This document shows positions 17,815 to 26,742 of a stretch of DNA of 44,136 nt, piece by piece. The stretch comes from Eubacterium sp. (GTDB lineage Bacteria; Bacillota; Clostridia; Oscillospirales; Acutalibacteraceae). The first letter of the stretch is position 1. The number at the start of each line of letters is the position of its first letter. Below the pieces are notes generated by a model. The model did not search any database. It was given only the letters and a program-made list of their open reading frames with translations, and was not told the DNA's origin. The position numbers and the translations under genes were made by a program. The stretch is taken from assembly GCA_051881215.1 (NCBI GenBank), contig JBJEPL010000154.1, positions 1-44,136 of the forward strand, in the 5' to 3' direction.

Positions 17815-18364
17815 GGCAGAAATTTTGCGTTATCTTCGCACCTCCTCAAAAACAGATGACGAAAGGCTTTTGAGCCTTATTGACCAATGCTGCGACGAGG
17901 TTAACGGCTGTGTTTTGCCGAAAACGATTTACAGAATATTTGACTGCATTGTTACCGACGACAGTCTGATAATCGGGGATATTGTTTTTAATAGCAAACG
18001 CCTTGCGCAAAATCTAAACGGATGTAAAAAAGTGTGCGTTTTCGGAGCAACTCTCGGTACGGAGTGCGATAGGCTGTTGAGAACCTACGCATCTGTAAAC
18101 ATATCGCGCGCAACGGTTTTGCAGGCGTGCCTTGCTTCAAAAATCGAGGAGGTCTGCGACGGGATTGAGGACGAGCTTAAAGCGCAGGGAATGAAATTAA
18201 GACAGCGCTATTCGCCCGGATATTTTGACCTTGATATTAAAGAAAACAAAAAAGTATTTGAATTAATTGAAATAACAAAGCGTATCGGAATTACTCTTAC
18301 AGACACATATCAAATGGTGCCTACGAAATCCGTTACGGCATTTATAGGAATTGAAAATGATTAG
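17807..18364 (+). CDS. Stand-alone B12-dependent methionine synthase activation (SAM-binding) domain
   Basis: EILRYL, GATLG, RYSPGYFDL, IGITLT, MVPTKSVTAFIG. Start ATG 17807 overlaps the metF stop. Confidence 0.9.
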   Translation: MNKAEILRYLRTSSKTDDERLLSLIDQCCDEVNGCVLPKTIYRIFDCIVTDDSLIIGDIVFNSKRLAQNLNGCKKVCVFGATLGTECDRLLRTYASVNISRATVLQACLASKIEEVCDGIEDELKAQGMKLRQRYSPGYFDLDIKENKKVFELIEITKRIGITLTDTYQMVPTKSVTAFIGIEND

Positions 18365-20669
18365 ATTTTTTGACGGCGGAATGGGAAGTATGCTTAACCT
18401 GGCAGCAGGAGAGCTTCCCGAAAAACTGAATATTTCTCAACCGGAAAGGGTGTTTGCCGTTCATAAGGCTTATGCCGACGCAGGCGCGGAGTTTATTACA
18501 ACCAACACCTTCGGTGCAAACTCGCTTAAATATGACAATGTTTTTGAGCTTGTTAAGGCAGGCGTTGAGCTTGCCAAAAAAGCAGGCAAAAAGGTTGCTC
18601 TTGATATCGGACCTACGGGAAAGCTTTTAAAGCCTATGGGCGACCTTGATTTTGAAAAAGCGGTCGAGCTTTTTTCAGAGGTTATAACAGCAGGAAGCTA
18701 TGGCGCAGATGTTGTTATTATTGAAACCATGAGCGACACATATGAGCTGAAGGCCGCCGTGCTTGCGGCAAAGGAAAACTGCTCCTTGCCTGTCATTGCT
18801 TCAATGATTTTTGACGAAAAGGGCAGACTTCTTACGGGCGGCGATATAAAATCCGCCTGCGCAATGCTTGAGGGCTTGGGAGTTGATGCTGTCGGTATCA
18901 ACTGCGGACTCGGTCCGAAGCAGATGATTAAGCTTGCAAAGCAGCTCAGAGAAAGCAGCTCTCTGCCCATTCTTGTTATGCCTAATGCAGGTCTGCCGGA
19001 ATCTGTCAACGGAAAAACGGTGTATAATGTTTCGCCCGAGGAATTTGCCGAGGATATGAGGGAGATTGCTCAAATCGGTGTGTCCTATTTAGGCGGTTGC
19101 TGCGGAACAACACCCGAGCATATCAGAAAAATGATTGAATACTGCGCCTGTATTCCCGATTCCGTTCCCGAGAAAAAGAATAATACTATCGTTACCTCTT
19201 ATTCAACCGCTGTTGAAATCGGCAAAAAGCCTGTTATAATCGGCGAAAGGATTAATCCTACAGGCAAAAAGCTTTTTAAAGAGGCATTGAGAAATAATGA
19301 CCTTGATTATATCATTAAAGAAGGACTTGCCCAGCAGGAAAAGGGAGCGCATATCCTTGATGTTAATGTAGGCCTTCCCGAAATTGACGAGGTAAAAATG
19401 CTCGGCGACGCAGTGTTCAGCCTTCAGAGTGTTCTTCCTCTTCCGCTTCAGCTTGATTCCTCCGACCCTCTTGCTTTGGCAAAGGCGATGAGAATTTATA
19501 ACGGCAAGCCTATGGTTAATTCCGTCAACGGTAAAAAATCGTCAATGCAGGCAGTATTTCCGCTTGTAAAAAAATACGGCGGTGTTGTTGTTTGCCTCTG
19601 CCTTGATGAAAACGGAATTCCCGATACTGCCGACGGAAGAATTGAAATAGCAAAAAGGATTATTTCAACCGCACAGAGCTACGGAATAGATAAAAAGGAT
19701 TTAGTTGTTGACGCCCTTACTATGACAATCTCAACTAATAAGGATAATGCAACACAAACCCTCAAGGCTGTAAAATATATTAGAAATGAGCTTGGAGTAG
19801 GTACTGTTTTAGGTGTGTCAAACATCAGCTTCGGTCTGCCAAAAAGAGAGGCTGTTAACACGGCTTTCTTTACTCTTGCACTTGAAAGCGGACTTTCGGC
19901 AGGAATTATAAATCCGTTAAGCGAGGGAATGATGAATGCCTATTATTCATTTAACGCTCTCTCGGGATATGATGATAACTGCACCGAATATATAAATTCG
20001 GTAACAGCCTCTGCGCAAAGCAATGCCGTTGAGCTATCCGAAACGGACCTGAAAACCGCAATAATAAAGGGTATAAAAGATGACGCAGGCGTTTGCGCTA
20101 AAAAGCTTTTGAAGGAAAACGAGCCTTTGGAGATAATAAACAATTATATTATCCCTGCGCTTGATGTTGTAGGCGACGGCTTTGAAAAAAATAAAATATT
20201 CCTGCCACAGCTTTTGATGAGCGCCGATTCGGCGAAAGAGGCGTTTGATGTTATCAAAGAGCATCTTGTCCTTGCAGGAAAGCAAAAAAAGAGTGAAAAT
20301 AAAATAATCATCGCAACCGTAGAGGGTGATATTCACGATATCGGCAAAAACATTGTCAAGGTGCTTTTGTCAAACTACGGCTTTGATGTAATAGATTTGG
20401 GCAAGGATGTAAAATGCGAAAGGGTGCTTGAAGAAACAGTTAAGCATAATGCAAGGCTTGTGGCTCTTTCCGCGCTGATGACAACCACCGTTCCCAATAT
20501 GGAAAAAACAATAAAGCTTATTCACGATAATACTGATGCGAAAACGCTTGTCGGAGGAGCCGTTCTTACAAAATCATATGCCGATATGATAGGCGCTGAT
20601 TATTATGCAAAGGACGCTATGGAAAGCGTAAGAATTGCAAAGGCGTATTTCGGAGGTGATAAGAAATGA
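18357..20669 (+). CDS. metH: B12-dependent methionine synthase core (homocysteine-, folate- and cobalamin-binding domains)
   Basis: FDGGMGSML, TNTFGAN, Zn ligands GINC and GGCCGT, IGERINPTGKK, GVSNISFGLP, cobalamin motif GDIHDIGKN, LSALMTTT. Lacks the C-terminal activation domain. Confidence 0.94.
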   Translation: MIRFFDGGMGSMLNLAAGELPEKLNISQPERVFAVHKAYADAGAEFITTNTFGANSLKYDNVFELVKAGVELAKKAGKKVALDIGPTGKLLKPMGDLDFEKAVELFSEVITAGSYGADVVIIETMSDTYELKAAVLAAKENCSLPVIASMIFDEKGRLLTGGDIKSACAMLEGLGVDAVGINCGLGPKQMIKLAKQLRESSSLPILVMPNAGLPESVNGKTVYNVSPEEFAEDMREIAQIGVSYLGGCCGTTPEHIRKMIEYCACIPDSVPEKKNNTIVTSYSTAVEIGKKPVIIGERINPTGKKLFKEALRNNDLDYIIKEGLAQQEKGAHILDVNVGLPEIDEVKMLGDAVFSLQSVLPLPLQLDSSDPLALAKAMRIYNGKPMVNSVNGKKSSMQAVFPLVKKYGGVVVCLCLDENGIPDTADGRIEIAKRIISTAQSYGIDKKDLVVDALTMTISTNKDNATQTLKAVKYIRNELGVGTVLGVSNISFGLPKREAVNTAFFTLALESGLSAGIINPLSEGMMNAYYSFNALSGYDDNCTEYINSVTASAQSNAVELSETDLKTAIIKGIKDDAGVCAKKLLKENEPLEIINNYIIPALDVVGDGFEKNKIFLPQLLMSADSAKEAFDVIKEHLVLAGKQKKSENKIIIATVEGDIHDIGKNIVKVLLSNYGFDVIDLGKDVKCERVLEETVKHNARLVALSALMTTTVPNMEKTIKLIHDNTDAKTLVGGAVLTKSYADMIGADYYAKDAMESVRIAKAYFGGDKK

Positions 20670-21058
20670 TGGTTTCAACAAAGGGCAGGTATGCACTTCG
20701 CATAATGCTCTATCTTGCCGTACACCAGAATGAAGGTCCCGTATCCCTTAAGGATATAGCCGATAATGAGGGTATAGGAATAAAATATCTTGAAATAATT
20801 GTTTCTTCACTCAACAAGGGCGGCCTGCTGAAAAGCCTGCGAGGCAAAAACGGCGGATATATGCTAAACCGCCCACCGCAGGAGTATACTATTTCCGAAA
20901 TTCTTAATCTTGCCGAGGGCAGTCTTGCTCCCGTGGCATGCGTTGAAACGGATATGTGTGAAAATGCGGGCTGTTGTAAAACATATACATTATGGAAGGA
21001 GCTTGACGAGGTTATTGAGGAGTTTCTTTCATCAAAAACCCTTGCTGACATAATGTAA
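20666..21058 (+). CDS. Rrf2 family (IscR/CymR-like) transcriptional regulator
   Basis: STKGRYALR, YLEII, SLRGKNGGY, C-x5-C-x5-C, TLADI. Overlaps the metH stop (ATGA). Confidence 0.93.
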   Translation: MMVSTKGRYALRIMLYLAVHQNEGPVSLKDIADNEGIGIKYLEIIVSSLNKGGLLKSLRGKNGGYMLNRPPQEYTISEILNLAEGSLAPVACVETDMCENAGCCKTYTLWKELDEVIEEFLSSKTLADIM

Positions 21059-21068
21059 TATAAAAATC

Positions 21069-21100
21069 AAAACCGCCTGAAAAATTCAGGCGGTTGTTTT
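21069..21100. terminator. Bidirectional terminator
   Basis: AACCGCCTGAA-aaa-TTCAGGCGGTT with flanking A and T runs. Confidence 0.75.
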
Positions 21101-21434
21101 ATACCAAGAAATAGTATCCGAGCGCTCCCCATACCGAGGTCAGCATAACAAGAAGCTTTGAAAAAGCAGTCGGCCGTCCCTTTGCTACAGCTGCGATTAT
21201 TGCAATTGCCGACGGAACAAGACCGAGCCACGCTATAATTATCTGCGGCCTGCAGGTTGAAGGAAGTGAGGTTGCGTCTACCGTAGTAACAAGAATTCCA
21301 AGCATAATTGCCAGAGAAAAGAATATTTTATGCACAAGCTCTTCCTTTTTCGGCAGAAACATAAAAAGGCTTGTAACGACAAATGAAAAAAGTATAACTA
21401 CCTCTAAAATAAATAATGCTCCGAATACAGCCAT
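21099..21434 (-). CDS. Small hypothetical membrane protein (about 4 TM)
   Basis: 111 aa, four hydrophobic segments, RBS AGGAG. Confidence 0.75.
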   Translation of the reverse strand: MAVFGALFILEVVILFSFVVTSLFMFLPKKEELVHKIFFSLAIMLGILVTTVDATSLPSTCRPQIIIAWLGLVPSAIAIIAAVAKGRPTAFSKLLVMLTSVWGALGYYFLV

Positions 21435-21495
21435 AATATATTCTCCTGTTTAGTATATATTTATATAGGTATTATACCTTATAATAATTTATTTC

Positions 21496-21562
21496 GTCAA
21501 GTATCGTCAATACTTGACAAATAGATTTTGTTGTAATAATCTTAAAAGATAAGAATTCTTAT
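21496..21562 (+). promoter_or_regulatory. feoB promoter region with candidate Fur/PerR-type box
   Basis: TTGACA (21514-21519) with TAATCT at 17-nt spacing. The palindrome ATAAGAATTCTTAT (21549-21562) lies within a GATAA-x2-ATTxT Fur-like 7-1-7 site. 9-bp inverted repeat at 21496-21518. Confidence 0.5.
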
Positions 21563-21577
21563 ACGCGAGGAATTAAA

Positions 21578-23653
21578 ATGATAAAAATAGCACTTGCCGG
21601 AAATCCAAACTGCGGAAAAACAATGCTTTTCAATGCCCTTACAGGCTCTAACCAATATGTCGGTAACTGGGCAGGCGTAACGGTTGAGGCAAAAGAGGGA
21701 AAATTAAAGGGCGAAAAGGATGTAGTCGTTGCAGATTTACCGGGTATATACAGCCTCTCGCCTTACACACCCGAGGAGGTTGTTGCAAGAAATTATCTTG
21801 TCAACGAGGAGCCCGATGTAATATTAAATATAATTGACGGCACCAACCTTGAAAGAAATCTTTATCTTACGACACAGCTTTGTGAAATCGGAATACCCGT
21901 CGTTATGGCAATTAATATGATTGATGTTGTAAAAAGAAACGGCGATGTTATTCATCTTGATGAAATTTCCGAGCATTTCGGCTGTGAGTGCTTTGAGATT
22001 TCTGCGCTTAAGGGAACAGGCGTTAAAAAATGCGCTAAAAGAGTTGTTGAGCTTGCCCGTAACAACAAGGGCGTTCCTCCTATTCATCACTCCTTTGATG
22101 ACAGGGTTGAATCGGCAATCCACCTTATTTCATCAAGATTGCCGAAGGATTGCGATATTCTTCATAAAAGATATTATGCAACAAAGCTTTTTGAGCGTGA
22201 CGAGCTTGTTGAAAAAGAGTTTTCGGTCAATGTTGAAAGAATAATACACGACGTTGAAGAAGAGTATGACGACGATTCGGAAAGCATTATTGCAAATCAG
22301 CGCTACAGCTATATAACCTCCTGCATTGACGAGCTTCGTACAAAATCGGGAAATCCGTCTGTTACAGAAAAAATTGACGCTGTTGTTACAAACAGGTTTC
22401 TTGCGCTTCCGATTTTTGCGCTGATAATGTTCGGCGTTTATTACATATCTGTTTCAACCGTCGGGGGTATGCTCTCCGACATCGTTAACGATAAAATTTT
22501 CGGCGACAGCGGAATTGTAACGCTGGGGCTTACAAATCTTTTTAACTCTATCAACTGCGCCGCATGGCTTCAAAGCCTTGTAATTGACGGAATTGTCGGC
22601 GGTGTAGGTGCGGTTCTCGGCTTCGTTCCTCAAATTTTTGTTTTGTTTATATTCCTTTCGTTTCTTGAGGACTGCGGATATATGAGCAGAATAGCGTTTA
22701 TACTCGATAAAATGTTCCGCCGCTTCGGTCTTTCGGGCAAATCCTTTATCCCTATACTTATCGGAACAGGCTGCGGAGTTCCCGGCGTTATGGCTTCAAG
22801 AACAATTGAAAATGAAAATGACAGAAGAATGACGATTGTCACAACAACCTTTATTCCCTGTGGCGCGAAGCTGCCTGTTATAGCTCTCATCGCGTCTGCC
22901 CTTTTTGACGGCGGCTGGTGGGTAGCTCCGAGCGCATATTTTATCGGAATTGCGTCAATAATCGTCAGCGGAATAATGCTCAAAAAAACAAAGCTGTTTT
23001 CGGGAGAGGTTTCGCCGTTTGTTATGGAGCTTCCGTCATACCATATGCCGACCGTTAAATCCGTTGCAAGAGCAACATGGGACAGAGGCTGGTCATATAT
23101 TAAAAAAGCAGGAACAATAATCCTGCTCGCGTCAATGCTTGTATGGTTTTTATCAAGCTTCGGATTTTATAACGGAAGTTTCGGTATGGTAAGGGAAATG
23201 GATAATTCCGTTTTAGCCTTCCTCGGCCACTATATTAAAAATATCTTTGCTCCGCTGGGCTTCGGAACCTGGCAGGCTACCGTAGCAACGCTTCTCGGGC
23301 TTATGGCTAAAGAGGAGATTGTCGGCGTTTTCGGTGTGCTTTACAGTGATATAAGCACTGCGTTTACCTCGCTTTCAGGCTATTCATTTCTTATTTTCAA
23401 TCTTCTTTGTATGCCGTGCTTTGCCGCTGTCGGAGCTATCAAAAGAGAAATGAATTCAGCAAAATGGACTCTTTTTGCCGTAGGATATCAAACCTTTTTT
23501 GCATATTGCGTAAGCCTTTGCATATATCAGCTCGGCTTGTTATTCACCACGGGAGTATTCACAATTGCAACTGTTTTTGCATTTCTTGTAATAGCGATGT
23601 TTTTGTTTATGCTTTTGAAAAAGCCTGCAAAAACAAATAAAATCAAACGCTGA
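21578..23653 (+). CDS. feoB: Ferrous iron transport protein B
   Basis: GNPNCGKT, VGNWAGVTVE, DLPGIYSL, LEDCGYMSRIAF, GTGCGVP, FIPCGAKLP, MELPSY, AKEEIV, PCFAA. Confidence 0.97.
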   Translation: MIKIALAGNPNCGKTMLFNALTGSNQYVGNWAGVTVEAKEGKLKGEKDVVVADLPGIYSLSPYTPEEVVARNYLVNEEPDVILNIIDGTNLERNLYLTTQLCEIGIPVVMAINMIDVVKRNGDVIHLDEISEHFGCECFEISALKGTGVKKCAKRVVELARNNKGVPPIHHSFDDRVESAIHLISSRLPKDCDILHKRYYATKLFERDELVEKEFSVNVERIIHDVEEEYDDDSESIIANQRYSYITSCIDELRTKSGNPSVTEKIDAVVTNRFLALPIFALIMFGVYYISVSTVGGMLSDIVNDKIFGDSGIVTLGLTNLFNSINCAAWLQSLVIDGIVGGVGAVLGFVPQIFVLFIFLSFLEDCGYMSRIAFILDKMFRRFGLSGKSFIPILIGTGCGVPGVMASRTIENENDRRMTIVTTTFIPCGAKLPVIALIASALFDGGWWVAPSAYFIGIASIIVSGIMLKKTKLFSGEVSPFVMELPSYHMPTVKSVARATWDRGWSYIKKAGTIILLASMLVWFLSSFGFYNGSFGMVREMDNSVLAFLGHYIKNIFAPLGFGTWQATVATLLGLMAKEEIVGVFGVLYSDISTAFTSLSGYSFLIFNLLCMPCFAAVGAIKREMNSAKWTLFAVGYQTFFAYCVSLCIYQLGLLFTTGVFTIATVFAFLVIAMFLFMLLKKPAKTNKIKR

Positions 23654-23671
23654 TATATGAAAGAGGGCTTT

Positions 23672-23812
23672 ATGGGAACTGCTGCCGTAATCATAGGACT
23701 TACAGGATTAACCGCAATAATAATTTTCAGGCTTGTAAAAAATAAAAAAAGCAGTAACGGCGGCTGCTGTAACAGCTGTCAAAACTGCCCTTATTCAAAA
23801 AACTGTCATTAA
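23672..23812 (+). CDS. FeoB-associated Cys-rich membrane protein (46 aa, not in the ORF track)
   Basis: Translated by hand: MGTAAVIIGLTGLTAIIIFRLVKNKKSSNGGCCNSCQNCPYSKNCH. It has a TM helix, a basic patch and CCxxCxxC...C. RBS GAGGG, 18 nt after feoB. Confidence 0.88.
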   Translation: MGTAAVIIGLTGLTAIIIFRLVKNKKSSNGGCCNSCQNCPYSKNCH

Positions 23813-23829
23813 TTTTGGCAAAAAATTAT

Positions 23830-23865
23830 AATCACTGCAAAGCTTATGCCTTGCAGTGATTTTTT
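23830..23865. terminator. Terminator between convergent feoB and metY operons
   Basis: AATCACTGCAA-N10-TTGCAGTGATT followed by TTTT. Confidence 0.8.
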
Positions 23866-23884
23866 ATTACTGCCATCAAGCTTA

Positions 23885-24190
23885 TTATTTCATAAACTTG
23901 TCGATAGCGTTATTCAGCTCCTTGAGCATCTGCTCGTCACCCTCTTCAACCGCATGAACAATGCAGTGCTCAAGATGATCCTTGAGTATTATTTTCCCCG
24001 TGTTGTTAAGCGCCGATTTTACTGCCGCAAGCTGAACAAGAACATCGGAGCAGTCCTCATCGTTTTCAACCATTTGCTTAACCTTTTGAAGGTGACCTAT
24101 CGCCCTTGCCAAACGGTTTGTTACTTCTTTTGTATGTGAATGCTCGTGGATGTGCTGACGGCTCTGCCCGTTATTAATTCCACTGCTCAT
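23885..24190 (-). CDS. CsoR/RcnR family metal-sensing repressor (InrS-like)
   Basis: His-rich N-terminus HIHEHSH, NRLARAIGHL, EDCSDVLVQLAAVKSAL, DHLEHC. Confidence 0.9.
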   Translation of the reverse strand: MSSGINNGQSRQHIHEHSHTKEVTNRLARAIGHLQKVKQMVENDEDCSDVLVQLAAVKSALNNTGKIILKDHLEHCIVHAVEEGDEQMLKELNNAIDKFMK

Positions 24191-25455
24191 ATCTTATCAA
24201 GCGCCTGCTGAATATCGGCGATAATATCGTCGGCGTTTTCAATACCGACGCTTAATCTTATGAGATCGGCGCCGACTCCGCATTCCTCAAGCTGTTTATC
24301 GGTAAGCTGGCGGTGAGTTGTTGATGCAGGGTGCAGGCAGCAGGTGCGCGCGTCGGCAACATGGGTAACAATTGCGGCAAGCTTTAATGAATCCATAAAG
24401 ACGGTAGCCGCCTCACGGCCTCCCTTTATTCCGAAAGAAACTACGCCGCAGGTTCCGTTTGGCATATACTTTTGAGCAAGCGCATACTGATCGTCGTCGG
24501 CAAGCATTGCGCATTTTACCCAGGTTATTTTATCATTTTTTTGGAGGTATTCGGCAACCTTAAGCGCATTTTCACAATGCCTTTGAACACGAAGGTGAAG
24601 CGTTTCAAGTCCAACATTAAGAAGAAAAGCATTTTGAGGTGCCTGAATTGAGCCTAAATCCCTCATAAGCTGAACGGTTGCTTTGGTGATATAAGCGGCT
24701 TCCCCGAAAGCATCGGAATATGTTAATCCGTGATAACTTTCATCGGGAGTTGTAAGACCGGGGAATTTATCATTTTGAGTCCAGTCAAAATTTCCGGAAT
24801 CGACAATGGCGCCGCCGATTGTTGAAGCGTGACCCTCCATATATTTTGTTGTTGAATGTGTAACTATGTCGCATCCAAAGTCAAAAGGACGGCAGTTAAT
24901 CGGTGTTGCAAAAGTATTGTCAATAATAAGCGGTACTCCGTTTGCGTGGGCAACCTTGGCAAATTTTTCTATATCCAAAATATCAAGGCTTGGATTTGAA
25001 ATTGTTTCACCGAAAACAGCCTTGGTATTCGGCTTGAAGGCCGCCTGAATTTCCTCTTGTGTTGCGTGGGGACTTACAAATGTAAAGTCAATTCCGAGCT
25101 TTCTCATTGTAACATTGAAGAGATTGAAGGTGCCCCCGTAAATTGCGGCGGAGGAAACAATATGGTCTCCCGCCTGGGCAATGTTGAAAACGGCATAGAA
25201 ATTAGCCGCCTGACCTGAAGAGGTGAGCATACCTGCAACACCGCCCTCAAGCATTGTTATTTTTTTTGCTGCGTAATCGCAGGTGGGATTTTGAAGCCTT
25301 GAATAGAAATAGCCGGAGGTTTTTAAATCAAAAAGATCTCCCATTTCCTGACTTGAATCATATTTATATGTTGTGCTTTGAACAATCGGGATAACCCTCG
25401 GCTCGCCGCTTTTTGGCTCGTATCCGCCCTGAACGCAAATAGTTTCAATATTCAT
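24187..25455 (-). CDS. metY: O-acetylhomoserine aminocarboxypropyltransferase (sulfhydrylase)
   Basis: PIVQSTTY, YSRLQNPT, SSGQAA, YGGTFNL, DNTFATP, HSTTKY (PLP Lys), HVADART, HPASTTHRQL, IRLSVGIE. Confidence 0.93.
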   Translation of the reverse strand: MNIETICVQGGYEPKSGEPRVIPIVQSTTYKYDSSQEMGDLFDLKTSGYFYSRLQNPTCDYAAKKITMLEGGVAGMLTSSGQAANFYAVFNIAQAGDHIVSSAAIYGGTFNLFNVTMRKLGIDFTFVSPHATQEEIQAAFKPNTKAVFGETISNPSLDILDIEKFAKVAHANGVPLIIDNTFATPINCRPFDFGCDIVTHSTTKYMEGHASTIGGAIVDSGNFDWTQNDKFPGLTTPDESYHGLTYSDAFGEAAYITKATVQLMRDLGSIQAPQNAFLLNVGLETLHLRVQRHCENALKVAEYLQKNDKITWVKCAMLADDDQYALAQKYMPNGTCGVVSFGIKGGREAATVFMDSLKLAAIVTHVADARTCCLHPASTTHRQLTDKQLEECGVGADLIRLSVGIENADDIIADIQQALDKI

Positions 25456-25479
25456 ATTATTATTCCTTTTATTCAGTAA

Positions 25480-26688
25480 TCAGTCCTCAAGAAAATGCTT
25501 CATTATGCTCGGGCCGAAATCTATATAATTTCCCGTTTCTTTTGCGGTTTGCTCGTTTATTGTTTCAACGCCGTCAAGCTCTTTGTTCTTATGATATATA
25601 AGATAAGGAACAGGGTCACTTGCGTGAGTCCTTGTAACAATCGGCGTCGGGTGGTCGGGAAGAATCATAATCTTGTAATCATCATATTTCTCAAGACCTT
25701 CAAATAAAATCGGGAGAACTCTTTCATCTATAAGCTCTATTGCTCTGACTTTATTTTCAGGCTCGTTTCTGTGACCGCATTCGTCGGGAGCTTCAAAATG
25801 AATATATACAAGGTCGTTTCTTTCAAGAAGCTCTATTGCCGCGTTAGCCTTGCCCTCAAAGTTTGTGTCAATATAGCCTGTTGCGCCCTCAACATCGGCA
25901 ACCTCCATTTTTGCGCAGCCGCCGATACCCTTGATAAGGTCAACTGCCGATACAACGGCGCCCTTAATACCGTAAATTTCCTCAAACGGCGAAAGAGCAG
26001 GGCGCTTTCCCTCGCCCCAGAGCCATATTGAGTTTGCAGGTCTTTTTCCTGCCTTTTTCCTTGCAATATTAACAGGGTGGTCCTTAAGAAGGTCATATGA
26101 TTTTTTCATCATTTCAATAAGAGGCTTTGCGTTTTCGGATGATGAAAGATACTCTGTAATTACCTTACCCGTAATATCGTGAGGAGGAGTCATTTTGCCC
26201 AAATCCGTTGTTCCGTTATTCCAGATAAGACAGTGGCGGTATGACACGCCCGGATAAAACTTAAAGGTGTCGTTGCCGAGCCTTTCGTCAATATATTTTA
26301 TAAGAATTTCAGCCTCTTCGCTTGAAATATCATCGGCGCAGTAATCCTCAATTGTTTTTTTCTCATAAGGCTTATCGTCTTCAGAAAGAGTGACAAGATT
26401 AGTGCGAAGCGATACATCTGTAGGCTTCATATCAATACCGATAGAAGCAGCCTCAAGCGGACTTCTGCCCGTATAGTATTTCATCGGGTCAAAGCCCATA
26501 ACGCTCATATTTGCAACATCGCTGCCCGGCTTAAGCCCTTCGGCAACAGTTCTTATAAGACCTACCTCAGCCTTTGATGCAAGCATATCCATATTTGGCT
26601 TCTTTGCGCACATCATAGGCGTCTTTCCGCCTAATGCAGGAACAGGGTAGTCAGCCATTCCGTCATACAGTACAACTACATATTTCAT
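25480..26688 (-). CDS. apgM: Cofactor-independent phosphoglycerate mutase, archaeal-type ApgM (family also proposed as homoserine kinase)
   Basis: DGMAD, PGSDVAN, YTGRSPLEA, GVSYRH, PPHDI, EAPDECGH, PDHPTP, THASDPVP. Start corrected to ATG 26688. Confidence 0.88.
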   Translation of the reverse strand: MKYVVVLYDGMADYPVPALGGKTPMMCAKKPNMDMLASKAEVGLIRTVAEGLKPGSDVANMSVMGFDPMKYYTGRSPLEAASIGIDMKPTDVSLRTNLVTLSEDDKPYEKKTIEDYCADDISSEEAEILIKYIDERLGNDTFKFYPGVSYRHCLIWNNGTTDLGKMTPPHDITGKVITEYLSSSENAKPLIEMMKKSYDLLKDHPVNIARKKAGKRPANSIWLWGEGKRPALSPFEEIYGIKGAVVSAVDLIKGIGGCAKMEVADVEGATGYIDTNFEGKANAAIELLERNDLVYIHFEAPDECGHRNEPENKVRAIELIDERVLPILFEGLEKYDDYKIMILPDHPTPIVTRTHASDPVPYLIYHKNKELDGVETINEQTAKETGNYIDFGPSIMKHFLED

Positions 26689-26742
26689 TATGTCGGTTTC
26701 CTCCAAAGTATATTTTCGGGTAATATTGCCCGAAATTAAGAA

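Noticed and set aside
17807-20669. metH as a broken pseudogene
   Set aside because: Both parts are intact with catalytic motifs, and the activation domain precedes the core. This is a known split architecture.
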